Shown here one piece after another: positions 1-10,071 of a DNA stretch of 53,664 nucleotides (position 1 is its first letter; the number at the start of each line of letters is the position of its first letter). The DNA is from a virus. Lineage: Duplodnaviria > Caudoviricetes. The stretch is from IMG/VR virus record IMGVR_UViG_3300045146_000572, positions 1 to 53,664 of that record; one strand, given 5' to 3'. The position numbers and the translations under genes were made by a program. The notes under the pieces were generated by a model that saw only the letters and a program-made list of their open reading frames with translations, was not told where the DNA came from and searched no databases.

Positions 1-126
1 TTTTGCTACTTTACTTCCACCTTCCAATTCGAGTAGTTCAGCGTTCAGCAGATTTAGTTCATCTTTCAAAGCTGTGGTATATTGGTTATTAGCCATATTG
101 GTCGTAAGAGCACCAAAGCCAACACC
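1..126. repeat. Terminal direct repeat, left copy (circular overlap)
   Basis: 1-126 is identical to 53516-53641; the following 23 nt diverge. Confidence 0.95.
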
Positions 127-1728
127 CGCAGAGTTACTAACGTTAGCGGTATTTTCAAGTTTCTTGTTGACTTCTTCAATTTTATCCCGCACCTCGTCAA
201 TTTTTTGCTGTTGCAAAGTAGACGATAAATTTCCAAAAGCCAAATCAGCGTCTGAGACCTTATATCCGAGTTTTTCGTAAGCATCCTTCAATGCGGATGT
301 GGTTTTTTCAAGAGCTTCCTGATTCAATCCAGTTCTCTCATAGGATGCTTTGATTATATTGTAACTTGCCTCCAAATCTTTTAAAGCAAAGTATTCGTCA
401 CCTATCGAAGTGATTGCTTCCGTCCTTTTTTGTTCCAGGACTTTAGACGCTGTATAAAGGGCGATAACTGCAGTTGTAACCGTACCGATCGCAATCGCAA
501 TCGGTGCCCATGGAGCCGTCAATAATTGAAGGCGCAGATAGCTCAGTCCTTGAAATGCTTTTACAGAAACAGCAAGGGCTCCAAGTGCGACAGTCATCTT
601 GGTGATTCCGGTCACTACTCCCTGGATCAATCCAGGATATTGGTTAAGCAGATAAAAAACTTTCTTCATCTGCGAATTGACTTCGGTGCCTATGCTTATA
701 AAAGCACCTGTCACAATATTCTTAAATATCTGTGATTGCTTGCCCAGGCCATCCATCTGCAATCCAAAAGCCCGCTCTGTCATTCCCATTGATGAATACA
801 TCGCAGCAGTCTTTTCTGCAAGGTCATCCGAGAGATGGCCTGTTAAAGCATAAAATGCGACAATGCCTTCTTTCCTGCCTAACAGGTCTCCAATAGACAT
901 TTCGTATTTATTAGTATAATCTGCCATTGCCTGCAAAGCCCCCTGGAGACCGCCTACTTTTTGGATAAAATCTTTTCCGCTTCCGACACCAAGTTCGTCA
1001 AAAAATCTTCCCATCTCATCTTTGGTTTTAATGAACGCAGTCATCAAAGATTCCATTTGAGTCGTAACTTCAGCAGTATTGCCGGTCACACCTGTCAAAG
1101 TTGCTAAAACGCCGGCAACCTCTTCAAATCTAATACCCAGAGCCGATGCAAGCGGAATTGTTTTACCAAGTTCAGTAGACAATTCCGCCATTGTGGTTTG
1201 ACCCAACTTTATGGTCTGAAAAGTTATGTCTGAAATTCGCCCGACTTCCTCCCATTCATACCCATACCCTTTTATGACGGCGCTGAAAAAGTTGAACGTC
1301 TCCGTTGTATCCGCGACCCCTGCGGATGCACCTTTTGCTGACGCTTCAAGCATCATCAGCGATTTCTCGACTGGAACTGTTGCGGATACAACTTGATACA
1401 AGGCATCGCTCAAAGCAACAGCAGTATTGGGCAACGTATATGAAAGTTCAAGCGTCTCGGCTTTTAATCTCTCAAACGCCGGCATTGCCTCATCATCGAC
1501 GAGAGTCGAAACATTTCTCATTATACTGCCGAATTCAGCTGCAGCAGTTGAAACAGCGTACAGAGCAGCCCCTGCAGCAGCGAAGGCCATGTTGAGAGCG
1601 AGATTCATCCTCGAAGCGGATTTGTCTGTTTCCGCGCTTGCCTTCTCTAAATCATTGGTGAACTTCTCGGTTCCGGTAATTCCGATGGTTGCTTCAATGT
1701 CATATTTTCCGCTTCCCCAGATGTTCAT
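1..1728 (-). CDS. Tail tape measure protein, N-terminal part (TP901-family core); runs off the left edge and joins 50636-53664
   Basis: Not in ORF track. Manual translation from ATG 1728: MNIWGSGKYDIEATIGITG...LSDALYQVVSA...FQTIKLGQTTMAELS...GVTGNTAEVTTQMESL. In frame with MANNQ at 94-96 (=53609-53611); joined length about 1535 aa. Confidence 0.92.
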   Translation of the reverse strand, partial: MNIWGSGKYDIEATIGITGTEKFTNDLEKASAETDKSASRMNLALNMAFAAAGAALYAVSTAAAEFGSIMRNVSTLVDDEAMPAFERLKAETLELSYTLPNTAVALSDALYQVVSATVPVEKSLMMLEASAKGASAGVADTTETFNFFSAVIKGYGYEWEEVGRISDITFQTIKLGQTTMAELSTELGKTIPLASALGIRFEEVAGVLATLTGVTGNTAEVTTQMESLMTAFIKTKDEMGRFFDELGVGSGKDFIQKVGGLQGALQAMADYTNKYEMSIGDLLGRKEGIVAFYALTGHLSDDLAEKTAAMYSSMGMTERAFGLQMDGLGKQSQIFKNIVTGAFISIGTEVNSQMKKVFYLLNQYPGLIQGVVTGITKMTVALGALAVSVKAFQGLSYLRLQLLTAPWAPIAIAIGTVTTAVIALYTASKVLEQKRTEAITSIGDEYFALKDLEASYNIIKASYERTGLNQEALEKTTSALKDAYEKLGYKVSDADLAFGNLSSTLQQQKIDEVRDKIEEVNKKLENTANVSNSAGVGFGALTTNMANNQYTTALKDELNLLNAELLELEGGSKVAK

Positions 1729-2060
1729 CCTACCACCTTGTAAGGTTTGAATTTTCCATTCTCATAAACCTGCTCTGTCTTTACTGTTTTTTTCCTTTTT
1801 TTGGTTAGAATCGATTTCGGCTTCCCTTTAAAATTTGCGCTTTGGAACAATCTAATGAAAATATCAAAAGCCCTCAAAATGTCATTTGTTTCCGGTTCAA
1901 TTATTTCTTCCTCTATACTGGTCAGCAGCAGTTCCCTACGAATCGGGTCATTTGAATCCATGATTAACTGAGGGCTAAATGGGCTTTCATACCTATAATG
2001 TTTGTATAACAGCAGCCGAGTTTCCCATTCTTCAAAAGAACGGGACTCGATCAGTTTTTT
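1725..2060 (-). CDS. Tail assembly chaperone frameshift extension (gpT-like)
   Basis: Lies in the -1 frame after the slippery A AAA AAC at 2054-2060; sits between chaperone and tape measure. Confidence 0.75.
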   Translation of the reverse strand, partial: KKLIESRSFEEWETRLLLYKHYRYESPFSPQLIMDSNDPIRRELLLTSIEEEIIEPETNDILRAFDIFIRLFQSANFKGKPKSILTKKRKKTVKTEQVYENGKFKPYKVVG

Positions 2061-2581
2061 GCTGTTTTTGTAATACTGGCAACAATCTGAGCAAGTTGAA
2101 CATACTGATCCGCGCATAAACGCAGCAATTCAAGATTCGATCCCATTAGTTCGCTGAACATTTTCTGTTCTTCCTCTGTCGGGAACAGCTTTTCACCTGT
2201 TTCAGGATCTGTCAGAAATTTTGGAATAATGTTAAGGACGACGATCTGCCTGGTTAAATCATAGGCAATATGTTCCGCCAGATTTTTCGGCTTTTCCTTT
2301 TCCAGGGTCGCCTTGACTTCCTTCGTTGCGTTCTCAAGGTCTGCCTCCCATTTCGCTTCATTCATCGGAAGTTTGTCCAGCCCTTTTTCAATGGTCTTTG
2401 CAAGTTTTTCATGGAATACAAGGATTCGCTCTTCCTGAATCGAATAAATATCAGGAGACGACAACCTTGCCCTGACGGAATCCGTATCGCTTATCGGAAT
2501 CTCAAAATCGACGAAAACTTTTCTGTAACGATCAGCCGATTGGATGATATCAATTTTGCGGATTTTGGTTTTTTGACTCAT
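2051..2581 (-). CDS. Tail assembly chaperone (gpG-like)
   Basis: Position between major tail and tape measure; ends GCA AAA AAC TGA. Confidence 0.75.
   Translation of the reverse strand: MSQKTKIRKIDIIQSADRYRKVFVDFEIPISDTDSVRARLSSPDIYSIQEERILVFHEKLAKTIEKGLDKLPMNEAKWEADLENATKEVKATLEKEKPKNLAEHIAYDLTRQIVVLNIIPKFLTDPETGEKLFPTEEEQKMFSELMGSNLELLRLCADQYVQLAQIVASITKTAKN
2054..2060 (-). promoter_or_regulatory. Programmed -1 frameshift slippery heptamer AAAAAAC
   Basis: X XXY YYZ immediately before the chaperone stop; -1 frame stays open to 1725. Confidence 0.8.
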
Positions 2582-2849
2582 TAATTAATTCCTTATTTTT
2601 TTCGATTATTTTAAAAACTTGGTTTTTTAAGCGTCTGAGTGTGAGCCCATATGCAATGGGCTCGACACTCATCTCGCGTGAATTTAAGGTCATAACCACA
2701 TTTTCGTCAACATCGAATTTCATTTTTGCCTTTGGTGTTTTCTGGTCTCCAATGAGCTCCTCTGTCAGGAAAATGCATTTCGGTTCAATGTGGCAGCTGG
2801 TCATAACAGCTGCAGCCCTTAAAAAATCGTCCGTTGTGTACTCAATCAT
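2550..2849 (-). CDS. Hypothetical protein (DUF5659-like small phage protein)
   Basis: YTTDDFLRAAA N-terminus resembles that family; GAGGTG RBS. Confidence 0.5.
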   Translation of the reverse strand: MIEYTTDDFLRAAAVMTSCHIEPKCIFLTEELIGDQKTPKAKMKFDVDENVVMTLNSREMSVEPIAYGLTLRRLKNQVFKIIEKNKELINESKNQNPQN

Positions 2850-2857
2850 TAATCACC

Positions 2858-3649
2858 TCAGGCGGTTGCTTTGGCGTAAGTGACGGTCACGATTGTTCCC
2901 GCTGCAGGAGTCGGCGTTAAAGTGAATGTCGTTCCAACGCATGTCGCTCCGCTGGTCACCCTGGAACCGTAGACCTGAGCCGTTGTCTTGGTGATGCATG
3001 AAACGACATTATTCAGCAGGAAGTCCTCATTTTCCTCGTTGGTCACATCAAAGAGAATAACAGGGGTCGAGGACAACGTGAATGAACCGCTGCTCCCATT
3101 CGCAGTGAACCGATCAATGACAAGCTCTGCACCTGCATAGATTCGGAACGGATCGCGCTTCGACCAGAAAGTGAAAGTTGAAGGATTATCCTCCATTGGA
3201 GTATTTTCTTCCCATTCCTTCAAAATCATCTGCGGATATACTTTCGTATACTTGTGGGTTCCATCGCTTTCGCGCATTTCCGTTTCCCAGGTGATGATCG
3301 GAATCGACTTTGCCCTGGTCGCCTGGCCGTAATAACCTGCACCTCCAAAAGTGGTTCCGTACAGTTGAGCCATGAACGCGAACAATTTTCCGGCAAGGAT
3401 GTCAACAGCCAATTCGTGTTTCCACTGGCTTTTGACTTCCGTATATTCATCTCCCGCACCTTCCTGAAAAACGTTTTTTGTCGAACCAGCCGTAAGAGGC
3501 GTCGGAGTCGCGTTTTGGATGCCTTCAACATAGGCAGGGGTCAAAGGCGCCGCGACCGAAGCACCAAGTCGCCAAATGCGATGCAATGAGTTTTTACCCA
3601 TAAGAACATCGTCCTCAGATGGGGCTTCGAGCCATGATGTGTAGTCCAT
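2858..3649 (-). CDS. Major tail tube protein with C-terminal beta-rich extension
   Basis: Synteny, size, Thr/Gly-rich composition, GGAG RBS. Confidence 0.7.
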   Translation of the reverse strand: MDYTSWLEAPSEDDVLMGKNSLHRIWRLGASVAAPLTPAYVEGIQNATPTPLTAGSTKNVFQEGAGDEYTEVKSQWKHELAVDILAGKLFAFMAQLYGTTFGGAGYYGQATRAKSIPIITWETEMRESDGTHKYTKVYPQMILKEWEENTPMEDNPSTFTFWSKRDPFRIYAGAELVIDRFTANGSSGSFTLSSTPVILFDVTNEENEDFLLNNVVSCITKTTAQVYGSRVTSGATCVGTTFTLTPTPAAGTIVTVTYAKATA

Positions 3650-3661
3650 AAAAAATCTCCT

Positions 3662-4147
3662 CTAAATGATTAAATCTGCGCTCATCTCCGTGCGGAAATC
3701 CATCGCACTCGGATCGCTCAGGTCTTGCATGTTGCTTATTTTATCAATCGCAATCCCGAAATATTTTAATGTTTTATTTGTGTACGTATCCGTCCCCAGG
3801 GTCACAGTGAACTGGCTGGTATAAACTGTCGGACTTGTCAGCAGCAGGTTATTAAGCTCTGAACAGATTATAGAGTTCTCCGCTTTACCACCTGTTTTTT
3901 CATCATTCCATATCCCAATATCAACTCGCCACCGTCCTTTATGATTTGAAGAGCCCTGGGCAAGGATGGCAGCTTCAATATAAAATGGAGGCTGGATATA
4001 TATAATCGGACGATTAAGTTCTTCACCTTGCTCTATGTTCGGAAACGACTTTAGAATATCGTATCCGCTCCATGGTGAACCGAGTGACTTTAAAAAGGCC
4101 ACAAGGATCGCCTGAGTGTCGTTCATTATCCGCTGGTTTCTTATCAT
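3662..4147 (-). CDS. Tail terminator/completion protein
   Basis: Synteny; RPIIYI and FRTEM beta-strand pattern. Confidence 0.55.
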   Translation of the reverse strand: MIRNQRIMNDTQAILVAFLKSLGSPWSGYDILKSFPNIEQGEELNRPIIYIQPPFYIEAAILAQGSSNHKGRWRVDIGIWNDEKTGGKAENSIICSELNNLLLTSPTVYTSQFTVTLGTDTYTNKTLKYFGIAIDKISNMQDLSDPSAMDFRTEMSADLII

Positions 4148-4557
4148 CCTTTTGAACCTGCATAATCACGAATCCTCTTTTTTAAAGAGGACTTCCAGAG
4201 CTTTATGACGTTTTCCTTATGCACTTTGAATGCACTTGCGAAAAAGTCGCGTTTCATTAATTTTCGCGTTCCATACTGCACGAATACAGCATAGGGAGCT
4301 GAATCCTTGTCCATATAAATGTGCTTTATATATTTCGATTCTCTTTTCTCCCGCAATGCTCCGTAAAGCCGACCGCTGACCTTGCGGACAGGGAGCCTCC
4401 CTTTTCTGTATACGGTTCCACGAAGATTCGCTTTTATTTGATTCGCGACAGTAAAGCTCCCCAGGGTAACCATTGCAGCCATGTCCTTGGGATAATACTC
4501 GCGTATCTTCCGAATCTTTTTTTTCCAATTATCAATATTAACTTGTCGCTTGCTCAC
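4144..4557 (-). CDS. HK97 gp10-like neck/tail completion protein
   Basis: PVRKVSGRLY...APYAVFVQYGTRKLMKRDFF motif. Confidence 0.8.
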   Translation of the reverse strand: MSKRQVNIDNWKKKIRKIREYYPKDMAAMVTLGSFTVANQIKANLRGTVYRKGRLPVRKVSGRLYGALREKRESKYIKHIYMDKDSAPYAVFVQYGTRKLMKRDFFASAFKVHKENVIKLWKSSLKKRIRDYAGSKG

Positions 4558-5021
4558 AGTTTTCTCAACAGCGTCAAATAATACTTTTCATTACCTGCAG
4601 CCATAGGCACCACAGAAATCAATTTAAATTGATCATCGTCAACCTGCAGGTATGCACTCAAATCATTTTCCCAATCTTCCATCGAGGGAACTTCATTGGT
4701 TGCTCCGTCAAGAGCACAAATCGCCGCGAAATCATTCGCTTCGGCTTTGCCTATTTCCAACCATTTTTTGACCGTATCAAGGGTCGCCAGTGACGTGATG
4801 CTCCCGATGAATATTTTCATGTTGCGCTGCACAGAAACCGATGAAATAACAAGGTTTCCATTGCAATTCTCAGCAGACGGATTAAGGCGATGCCATTCCG
4901 GTGAATAACTCGGATTATCTGGATCTTCATATAAACGACAAGGGCATGACGTTCCGACCGAATAATTCAGAACGGAGTCCATGCCCCTGGTTGCCAGTTG
5001 CCTCAATAATCTTTCAATCAT
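4554..5021 (-). CDS. Head closure/head-tail joining protein
   Basis: Synteny only; CPC motif. Confidence 0.45.
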   Translation of the reverse strand: MIERLLRQLATRGMDSVLNYSVGTSCPCRLYEDPDNPSYSPEWHRLNPSAENCNGNLVISSVSVQRNMKIFIGSITSLATLDTVKKWLEIGKAEANDFAAICALDGATNEVPSMEDWENDLSAYLQVDDDQFKLISVVPMAAGNEKYYLTLLRKL

Positions 5022-5491
5022 GGAAACAAGTCCCAGACGCTCAGATTGTTGTCTGACCAGTTTATATTCCGATTGTCGAGTCCGTCAGGAATATAATCAT
5101 CGCCTCCGCTGGTAGACCCTCCGACCGCATAATTTTTGATTCCGCACAGACCGAGGAGCTCCTGCAGTTCTTTTGCAAGTTTGTCAAGTATCGTCGCCCT
5201 GTCTTGCGCGTCAATCGGAGTAAAGCTCACGATTCCACTTTTGACCGCCTCATTCGGTGCCTCCGTCAAAACAACAAGGCAGCAGGTCACAATTTCGGCG
5301 CCTATCAAGAGAGTCTGTTGTGTGGCCGTGAGACCCGAAAACGTCAGACTGTTGTTCGTCAGCCATTGGTCTATTTTCGCCTCTGCAAGAGGAATATAGG
5401 ATGGGGAATACAAGTCCCCATCCGATAGAGTCACTGACGGAATAGTCCGGAGCCTCCTCCGGACGTTGTCCGCTGTTATTCTATAGCTCAC
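5018..5491 (-). CDS. Head-tail adaptor
   Basis: Synteny; ITADNVRRRL N-terminus typical of gp6/gp15-like adaptors. Confidence 0.55.
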   Translation of the reverse strand: MSYRITADNVRRRLRTIPSVTLSDGDLYSPSYIPLAEAKIDQWLTNNSLTFSGLTATQQTLLIGAEIVTCCLVVLTEAPNEAVKSGIVSFTPIDAQDRATILDKLAKELQELLGLCGIKNYAVGGSTSGGDDYIPDGLDNRNINWSDNNLSVWDLFP

Positions 5492-5898
5492 TGAGGTTTC
5501 TTCCCTTTGCTGCCTGCAGGTTTCTTGGGAGCCGGCCGTTCAGCCGGTTCCTTTTTTGTTCTGCGGAAATTCGGAAGGATCGGGACGACGATTTGCCTCC
5601 CATCAAGAGCATCAAGCCCCCCCATCGCAATCAGACGATTCTTTTCGGCTTTGATTTTTTCGACTTCACCCTCGCGTTCCGAAATGTACTTTTCAAGGGT
5701 ATCGACCGCAGCCTGGTCGTCATGCAATTGCGTGAGCGGATTGTCAGGTTTCTCCTCAGTTCGCAGGTACGCAGCAAAAAACGAATTCGCTTCGCATTCC
5801 TGCGGAATCTCCTTATCTACCATCTCGCGACTGAAATCCAGCCGTTCGTTGGTATAAGGATTCTGAATGTGTAATACTTTCGAACTAATGACCCACAT
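5488..5898 (-). CDS. Hypothetical protein
   Basis: ORF with AGGAG RBS directly after the capsid gene. Confidence 0.6.
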   Translation of the reverse strand: MWVISSKVLHIQNPYTNERLDFSREMVDKEIPQECEANSFFAAYLRTEEKPDNPLTQLHDDQAAVDTLEKYISEREGEVEKIKAEKNRLIAMGGLDALDGRQIVVPILPNFRRTKKEPAERPAPKKPAGSKGKKPQ

Positions 5899-5925
5899 CG
5901 TTTTCTCCTGTCGTTTTATCGTGAA

Positions 5926-7056
5926 TTAATGAGTTTCGTCAAACAGGGTGATGGCCTGGTTATCGTCCACCGTGAACGTGTCGCGATGGCTGACCGCCGT
6001 GCCATTGATCTGTTTACGGATGATCTTGTCTGTTTCCACCATGATTCCGCCGTTCGTCAGATGGGTCATCGCATAATCGGAATCAAAGCCGACAAAGTTA
6101 TCGGCACCGATGACATCACGATCCCATTCATATGCGACCGGCAGTGAAATCCCGCTTGCCTGGAATTGCACCTGCGGATTCGCCATGCCTGCGATGGTCG
6201 TGGCGTATTCCTGCAGCAGAGCCTTGCGACCGACAAAAACTTTCGTCTTGTACGGACTCGGTGATCCGGTTGCCCACTTTATGACGTCACCCACCGCAAT
6301 GGTTCCGCTGGCAGCCGTTTCGACTGTGGTTCCAGGAGTATTTGAATTTCCATCGCCATTCTGAGCAATGTAAAGCAGGCGGTCAGTTCTGCGGAGGTCG
6401 ATCTGCTGGCCGACTCGACGCAGGAACGTTGCGAAGAAATTTAAATACTGCATTGCAAGGGCTTCGTAAGTGACTGAGATGTAACGACCGAATTTCGTCA
6501 GATAAACAGTATGCTCACCGATGACGATTTTGGTCTCACCCATTTGCTCACCCTGGCCGATCTCACCGAGGTCACGATCCGCCTCAGTATCTTCCAGATA
6601 GGGCTTCTGGTAAGACAGGGCATTGATGTCTATCTGTTCGGTCACAAGGTACGGAACCAGCGAGTTCAACATCATGCCGGCATAAATTCGGTCTCCGACC
6701 CATGCCGGAAAAACAACATCAATGCCGGCATATTCGTAAACCTTGTTGACTTTTGCAGCCCTGGCGCCGCTCACAGGAATGCCGGCGTATTTAAAACATT
6801 CATCAACAGCAGTGAGGGGGACTTGCTTGCCCTGCTCCCGCAGTCGCTTCTTCTCGAAGAAAACTTCGCTGGCCGTCATTCCGAAATACGGAGATTCGGT
6901 GCCTGTTTTCTCTGACTTGATTTTTTCAAGTTGCATCTGAAAAGTCATACCATCCTCTTTTCCTGATGCATACATCCCTTCCTCAAGCGAGACCCCTTTT
7001 AACCAGAAGTCAGGTTTGTTAAGAGGGTTTTCGCGCGGAACAAAAATCTCTGGCAT
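5926..7056 (-). CDS. Major capsid protein (HK97 fold)
   Basis: EIGQGEQMGETKI...LTKFGRYISVTYEAL motif; synteny; GGAGG RBS. Confidence 0.88.
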   Translation of the reverse strand: MPEIFVPRENPLNKPDFWLKGVSLEEGMYASGKEDGMTFQMQLEKIKSEKTGTESPYFGMTASEVFFEKKRLREQGKQVPLTAVDECFKYAGIPVSGARAAKVNKVYEYAGIDVVFPAWVGDRIYAGMMLNSLVPYLVTEQIDINALSYQKPYLEDTEADRDLGEIGQGEQMGETKIVIGEHTVYLTKFGRYISVTYEALAMQYLNFFATFLRRVGQQIDLRRTDRLLYIAQNGDGNSNTPGTTVETAASGTIAVGDVIKWATGSPSPYKTKVFVGRKALLQEYATTIAGMANPQVQFQASGISLPVAYEWDRDVIGADNFVGFDSDYAMTHLTNGGIMVETDKIIRKQINGTAVSHRDTFTVDDNQAITLFDETH

Positions 7057-7110
7057 ATGATGCCTCCATTATAATCAATTAAAAATTCAAGTTGTTTACA
7101 GCCGTCAGGT

Positions 7111-7563
7111 TTACAACAGCATGTCCAGTCGACCGGATGACGGAACATCGATTCCAATGACGTAACCGATGCCCGATGCATCTCCATAGATAGGACGATA
7201 GGTTGCACCATAAACAAGACCGCCATTTCCACGTGACGGTGAACCGCTGTATTCGAAATTCACGACCCTGGTCGCCGGATGAAAATCTCCGCCTCCGTCC
7301 TCAAAGCCCCAGATTTCGCAGGTGAGTTTGTAGGACGTTGCAGTTTTCTCTTTCCACAGGATTCGACCGTGCGGTTTCTCGCCATTTGCAGGAGTGACCG
7401 CCTGGTAGTTGGCACCGGTTCCAAGTCGAATGAGTTTTCCTTCAACTTTGGTGCCTAAAGCAATTAAAGCATCAATGGCCGTTTTCAGACCTGAATCAGG
7501 GGTCAGCGTCAACGTCAGCTGTTCGCCTTTTTGACCTCCACCCACTGTCGGTAAAGTAGACAT
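7111..7563 (-). CDS. Putative capsid decoration/cement protein
   Basis: 150-aa Gly-rich beta protein between protease and capsid genes. Confidence 0.55.
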   Translation of the reverse strand: MSTLPTVGGGQKGEQLTLTLTPDSGLKTAIDALIALGTKVEGKLIRLGTGANYQAVTPANGEKPHGRILWKEKTATSYKLTCEIWGFEDGGGDFHPATRVVNFEYSGSPSRGNGGLVYGATYRPIYGDASGIGYVIGIDVPSSGRLDMLL

Positions 7564-7577
7564 AAGAATCTCCTTCT

Positions 7578-8948
7578 CTAATCAGAAATAAATGATCTGT
7601 CATGGAAATTCGGCAAAGCAGGTTTCTCCGGTTTCGGCTCAAAAGAGATGGCTCCCTTTTTCCCCTTTAGAGATCTGTGTTTTTCCGTTAGCTCTGCAGG
7701 GGTCAGAACCATAAGCTCAGCCCTCTTGCCATCGGCTTCATCCCACTTCATTTGCCCTGCCTGAAAAGTATTCTGCAGGATCATCTCCACGACCTCAGAT
7801 TTCAGCGAATCTTTTTCCGCCTCTATCTGTTTGATTTTTTCGTCCAATTGGTTATTCTCTGCAGTCATGGCAGCAAGGTCATCCTCGGCCTTTGCCTTTG
7901 CATTTTCAGCTTCGACCTTTTGGGTTTCGAGTGACTGGTTCAAAGTTTTCACCTGCTCCAGTTCCTGCACCTTGCTTTCAACAGCAGCAATGAATTCAGC
8001 ATTTTCGCCGTCAGCCTGCAGGGTAAATTCACCAATGGACATTTTCAAATTAATCGGCATTTCACTTTCCTCCTCGCAACCGGAATTTTCATCGGTTACG
8101 TTGTAGAATTTGCTGGACGCTCCATATTGCGCTCCGAGAAAAACATGGCTCCCCTCAAGGGCTTCCGCCTCTTGGTTTTCGGAATTGCGATATTCTCTCC
8201 ACAGTAGTTCGCCGGATTTTTCGTCTTTCACGTCAACAAGCAAGGGATAACGAAATCCGATACTCATCGGACTTGTCACTCCTGCCTTCATCCTGGTAAT
8301 AGCATCAGAATCGATGACGTGCATATAGAATTTCGGAGCGAACCAATATAGACCGCCTTCGATGTCAAGAATTCTTTTTAAGTGGTTTATGAATTTTTTG
8401 TAAGGTACAAATCCAAGAGTTTCGCTGAACTCTTGTGGATCATCGTATTTCAGCAACCTGGAATCAAAAAATCGACCTTCACCGGTATTAAACCAGTTAT
8501 GATTGTTCAGCTTTGATTTTCCGACAATCGACTTGGTGAAGCTCTGCAGGACTCCAAGTGACAAACGTTCTGCATCCCGATCCATAACGTTGTTCGCCAA
8601 TCTGGTATCGATTGCCACGAAATCGCTTTTCTGGAAAGCGTTAGGGTCAGGAATTATTTTCAGCATCTTTGCCCATTCTTCATCGGACGGTTCGAATGCC
8701 TTTATGTTCGCCTGGTAGCTTTTAACGACATTTCTCATATTTTTTGCATCCTCAAATTTTATCAGCCATTCCGCACATTCTGATGGGGCTTTAAAAACTG
8801 TTTTTCCATCCATCACATTGTCTGGGTCGTTTGTTGGAAACCTTATTCCCCGCTCCTCAAAAATTATCCCGAAAAATTCCCCCTCCACCCCTGTTGAATT
8901 GCGGAAAGTAAAGAACCGCCTGGACTCATTTGTCAAAGTCGGAATCAT
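7578..8948 (-). CDS. Prohead protease fused to coiled-coil scaffold
   Basis: MDRDAERLS, NNHNW (His), SPMSIGF (Ser), EALEGSHV (Glu) motifs; acidic coiled-coil C-terminus; start uncertain. Confidence 0.75.
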   Translation of the reverse strand: MIPTLTNESRRFFTFRNSTGVEGEFFGIIFEERGIRFPTNDPDNVMDGKTVFKAPSECAEWLIKFEDAKNMRNVVKSYQANIKAFEPSDEEWAKMLKIIPDPNAFQKSDFVAIDTRLANNVMDRDAERLSLGVLQSFTKSIVGKSKLNNHNWFNTGEGRFFDSRLLKYDDPQEFSETLGFVPYKKFINHLKRILDIEGGLYWFAPKFYMHVIDSDAITRMKAGVTSPMSIGFRYPLLVDVKDEKSGELLWREYRNSENQEAEALEGSHVFLGAQYGASSKFYNVTDENSGCEEESEMPINLKMSIGEFTLQADGENAEFIAAVESKVQELEQVKTLNQSLETQKVEAENAKAKAEDDLAAMTAENNQLDEKIKQIEAEKDSLKSEVVEMILQNTFQAGQMKWDEADGKRAELMVLTPAELTEKHRSLKGKKGAISFEPKPEKPALPNFHDRSFISD

Positions 8949-9183
8949 CTTCTGTCTCTACCTTTTCAAACTCACCGACTTTATCGTCGATCGGTATGGT
9001 GTTTCGCATTCTTCGGGCAGCCGGCGGAATCGGTTTGGTCTGCAGCAAAGGTTTCACAGATTCACCGAAATTTACATCATGGAATCTTTTTGGTTGCGCT
9101 GCACAGATGCACCCTGGGTCTGTACCTTTGCGAGTCCATGTTCTTGTTCTTTTGCAATGCGGACAAGTTGCCATTGTTTCCAT
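8926..9183 (-). CDS. Small Zn-finger hypothetical protein
   Basis: CPHC...CIC; GGAG RBS. Confidence 0.5.
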   Translation of the reverse strand: METMATCPHCKRTRTWTRKGTDPGCICAAQPKRFHDVNFGESVKPLLQTKPIPPAARRMRNTIPIDDKVGEFEKVETEDDSDFDK

Positions 9184-9184
9184 T

Positions 9185-10066
9185 TTAATTTACTCCGAGA
9201 TTGTTTCGTAGGCAATTAACAAATCCAATAAAATCTTGCATGGTGTTCATATAATAAAATCCCATGTTTTCCGTATAAGGCATCCATTTCTTATTGACGA
9301 ATCCCCAGCTTACAATGTTTCCACCTGCAGCCCCTGCAAGATGCCCAATGCCTGAGTCTTTACATACTGTAAATTTCGAGTTTCTGCAGACACAAGCTAT
9401 TTCGTCAAGTGATAGTTTGAATCGTAAATCGTGGAGTAAATTCTTGGCGTATTGTTCTATCCCTATCGGCTCATCGTTTCCGATTAAAACAATCGGAATT
9501 TCGCTTTTATTCAAAATTTCAAACAACAGCATTGATTCGGCAGGGGTCACGTTCTTGAAATCCGCCTTTGCAACGTTGCGCAATTGCAACGCAATGTATG
9601 TCTCTGGAAGTTCAACGTCTGGTTTCTGTATTTTATCCCATTTCGGGAAAATGCCCATTTGCCTTAAAATCGTGACTTCATTTATAAGGATGTATTCATA
9701 ACAATGCGGCGCCTGGGTAAAAAGAGAGGACTTCACGCGAAGATCTGAAATAAAAAACTTTGTTATATTCTGCGGGATTGGGCTCTCCGCCTGCATAAAA
9801 ACAACCTCTTCACCAGGATTGTCCTGCAGGTATGCTCTTCGGATTGCATCAAAAACAACGACATCCCCCAGGGCTTCACCTATGTGGTAAAAAACAGTCT
9901 TGGCGCCTGGTATGTTGATTTTATACCTTTTTTTCGCAATGCATGAATGACAATCAGGGCAATAAAAGCCTTTTAGTTCATAATGACCCCAATCGTTGAT
10001 GGTGATGAAAACGGTTCGACCGCAGTCAAGGCAATCAAAATGAGTCCGTTCAACATCCTTTTCCAT
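9185..10066 (-). CDS. Glycosyltransferase family 9-like (GT-B) with N-terminal Zn ribbon
   Basis: ALGDVV and CKDSGIGHLAGAAG motifs; CLDC/CPDC. Confidence 0.8.
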   Translation of the reverse strand: MEKDVERTHFDCLDCGRTVFITINDWGHYELKGFYCPDCHSCIAKKRYKINIPGAKTVFYHIGEALGDVVVFDAIRRAYLQDNPGEEVVFMQAESPIPQNITKFFISDLRVKSSLFTQAPHCYEYILINEVTILRQMGIFPKWDKIQKPDVELPETYIALQLRNVAKADFKNVTPAESMLLFEILNKSEIPIVLIGNDEPIGIEQYAKNLLHDLRFKLSLDEIACVCRNSKFTVCKDSGIGHLAGAAGGNIVSWGFVNKKWMPYTENMGFYYMNTMQDFIGFVNCLRNNLGVN

Positions 10067-10071
10067 GCATG

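Noticed and set aside
74-280. Plus-strand ORF whose PAELLTLA is synonymous between the two terminal-repeat variants
   Set aside because: This frame shares third codon positions with the minus-strand tape measure, so the apparent conservation is a shadow
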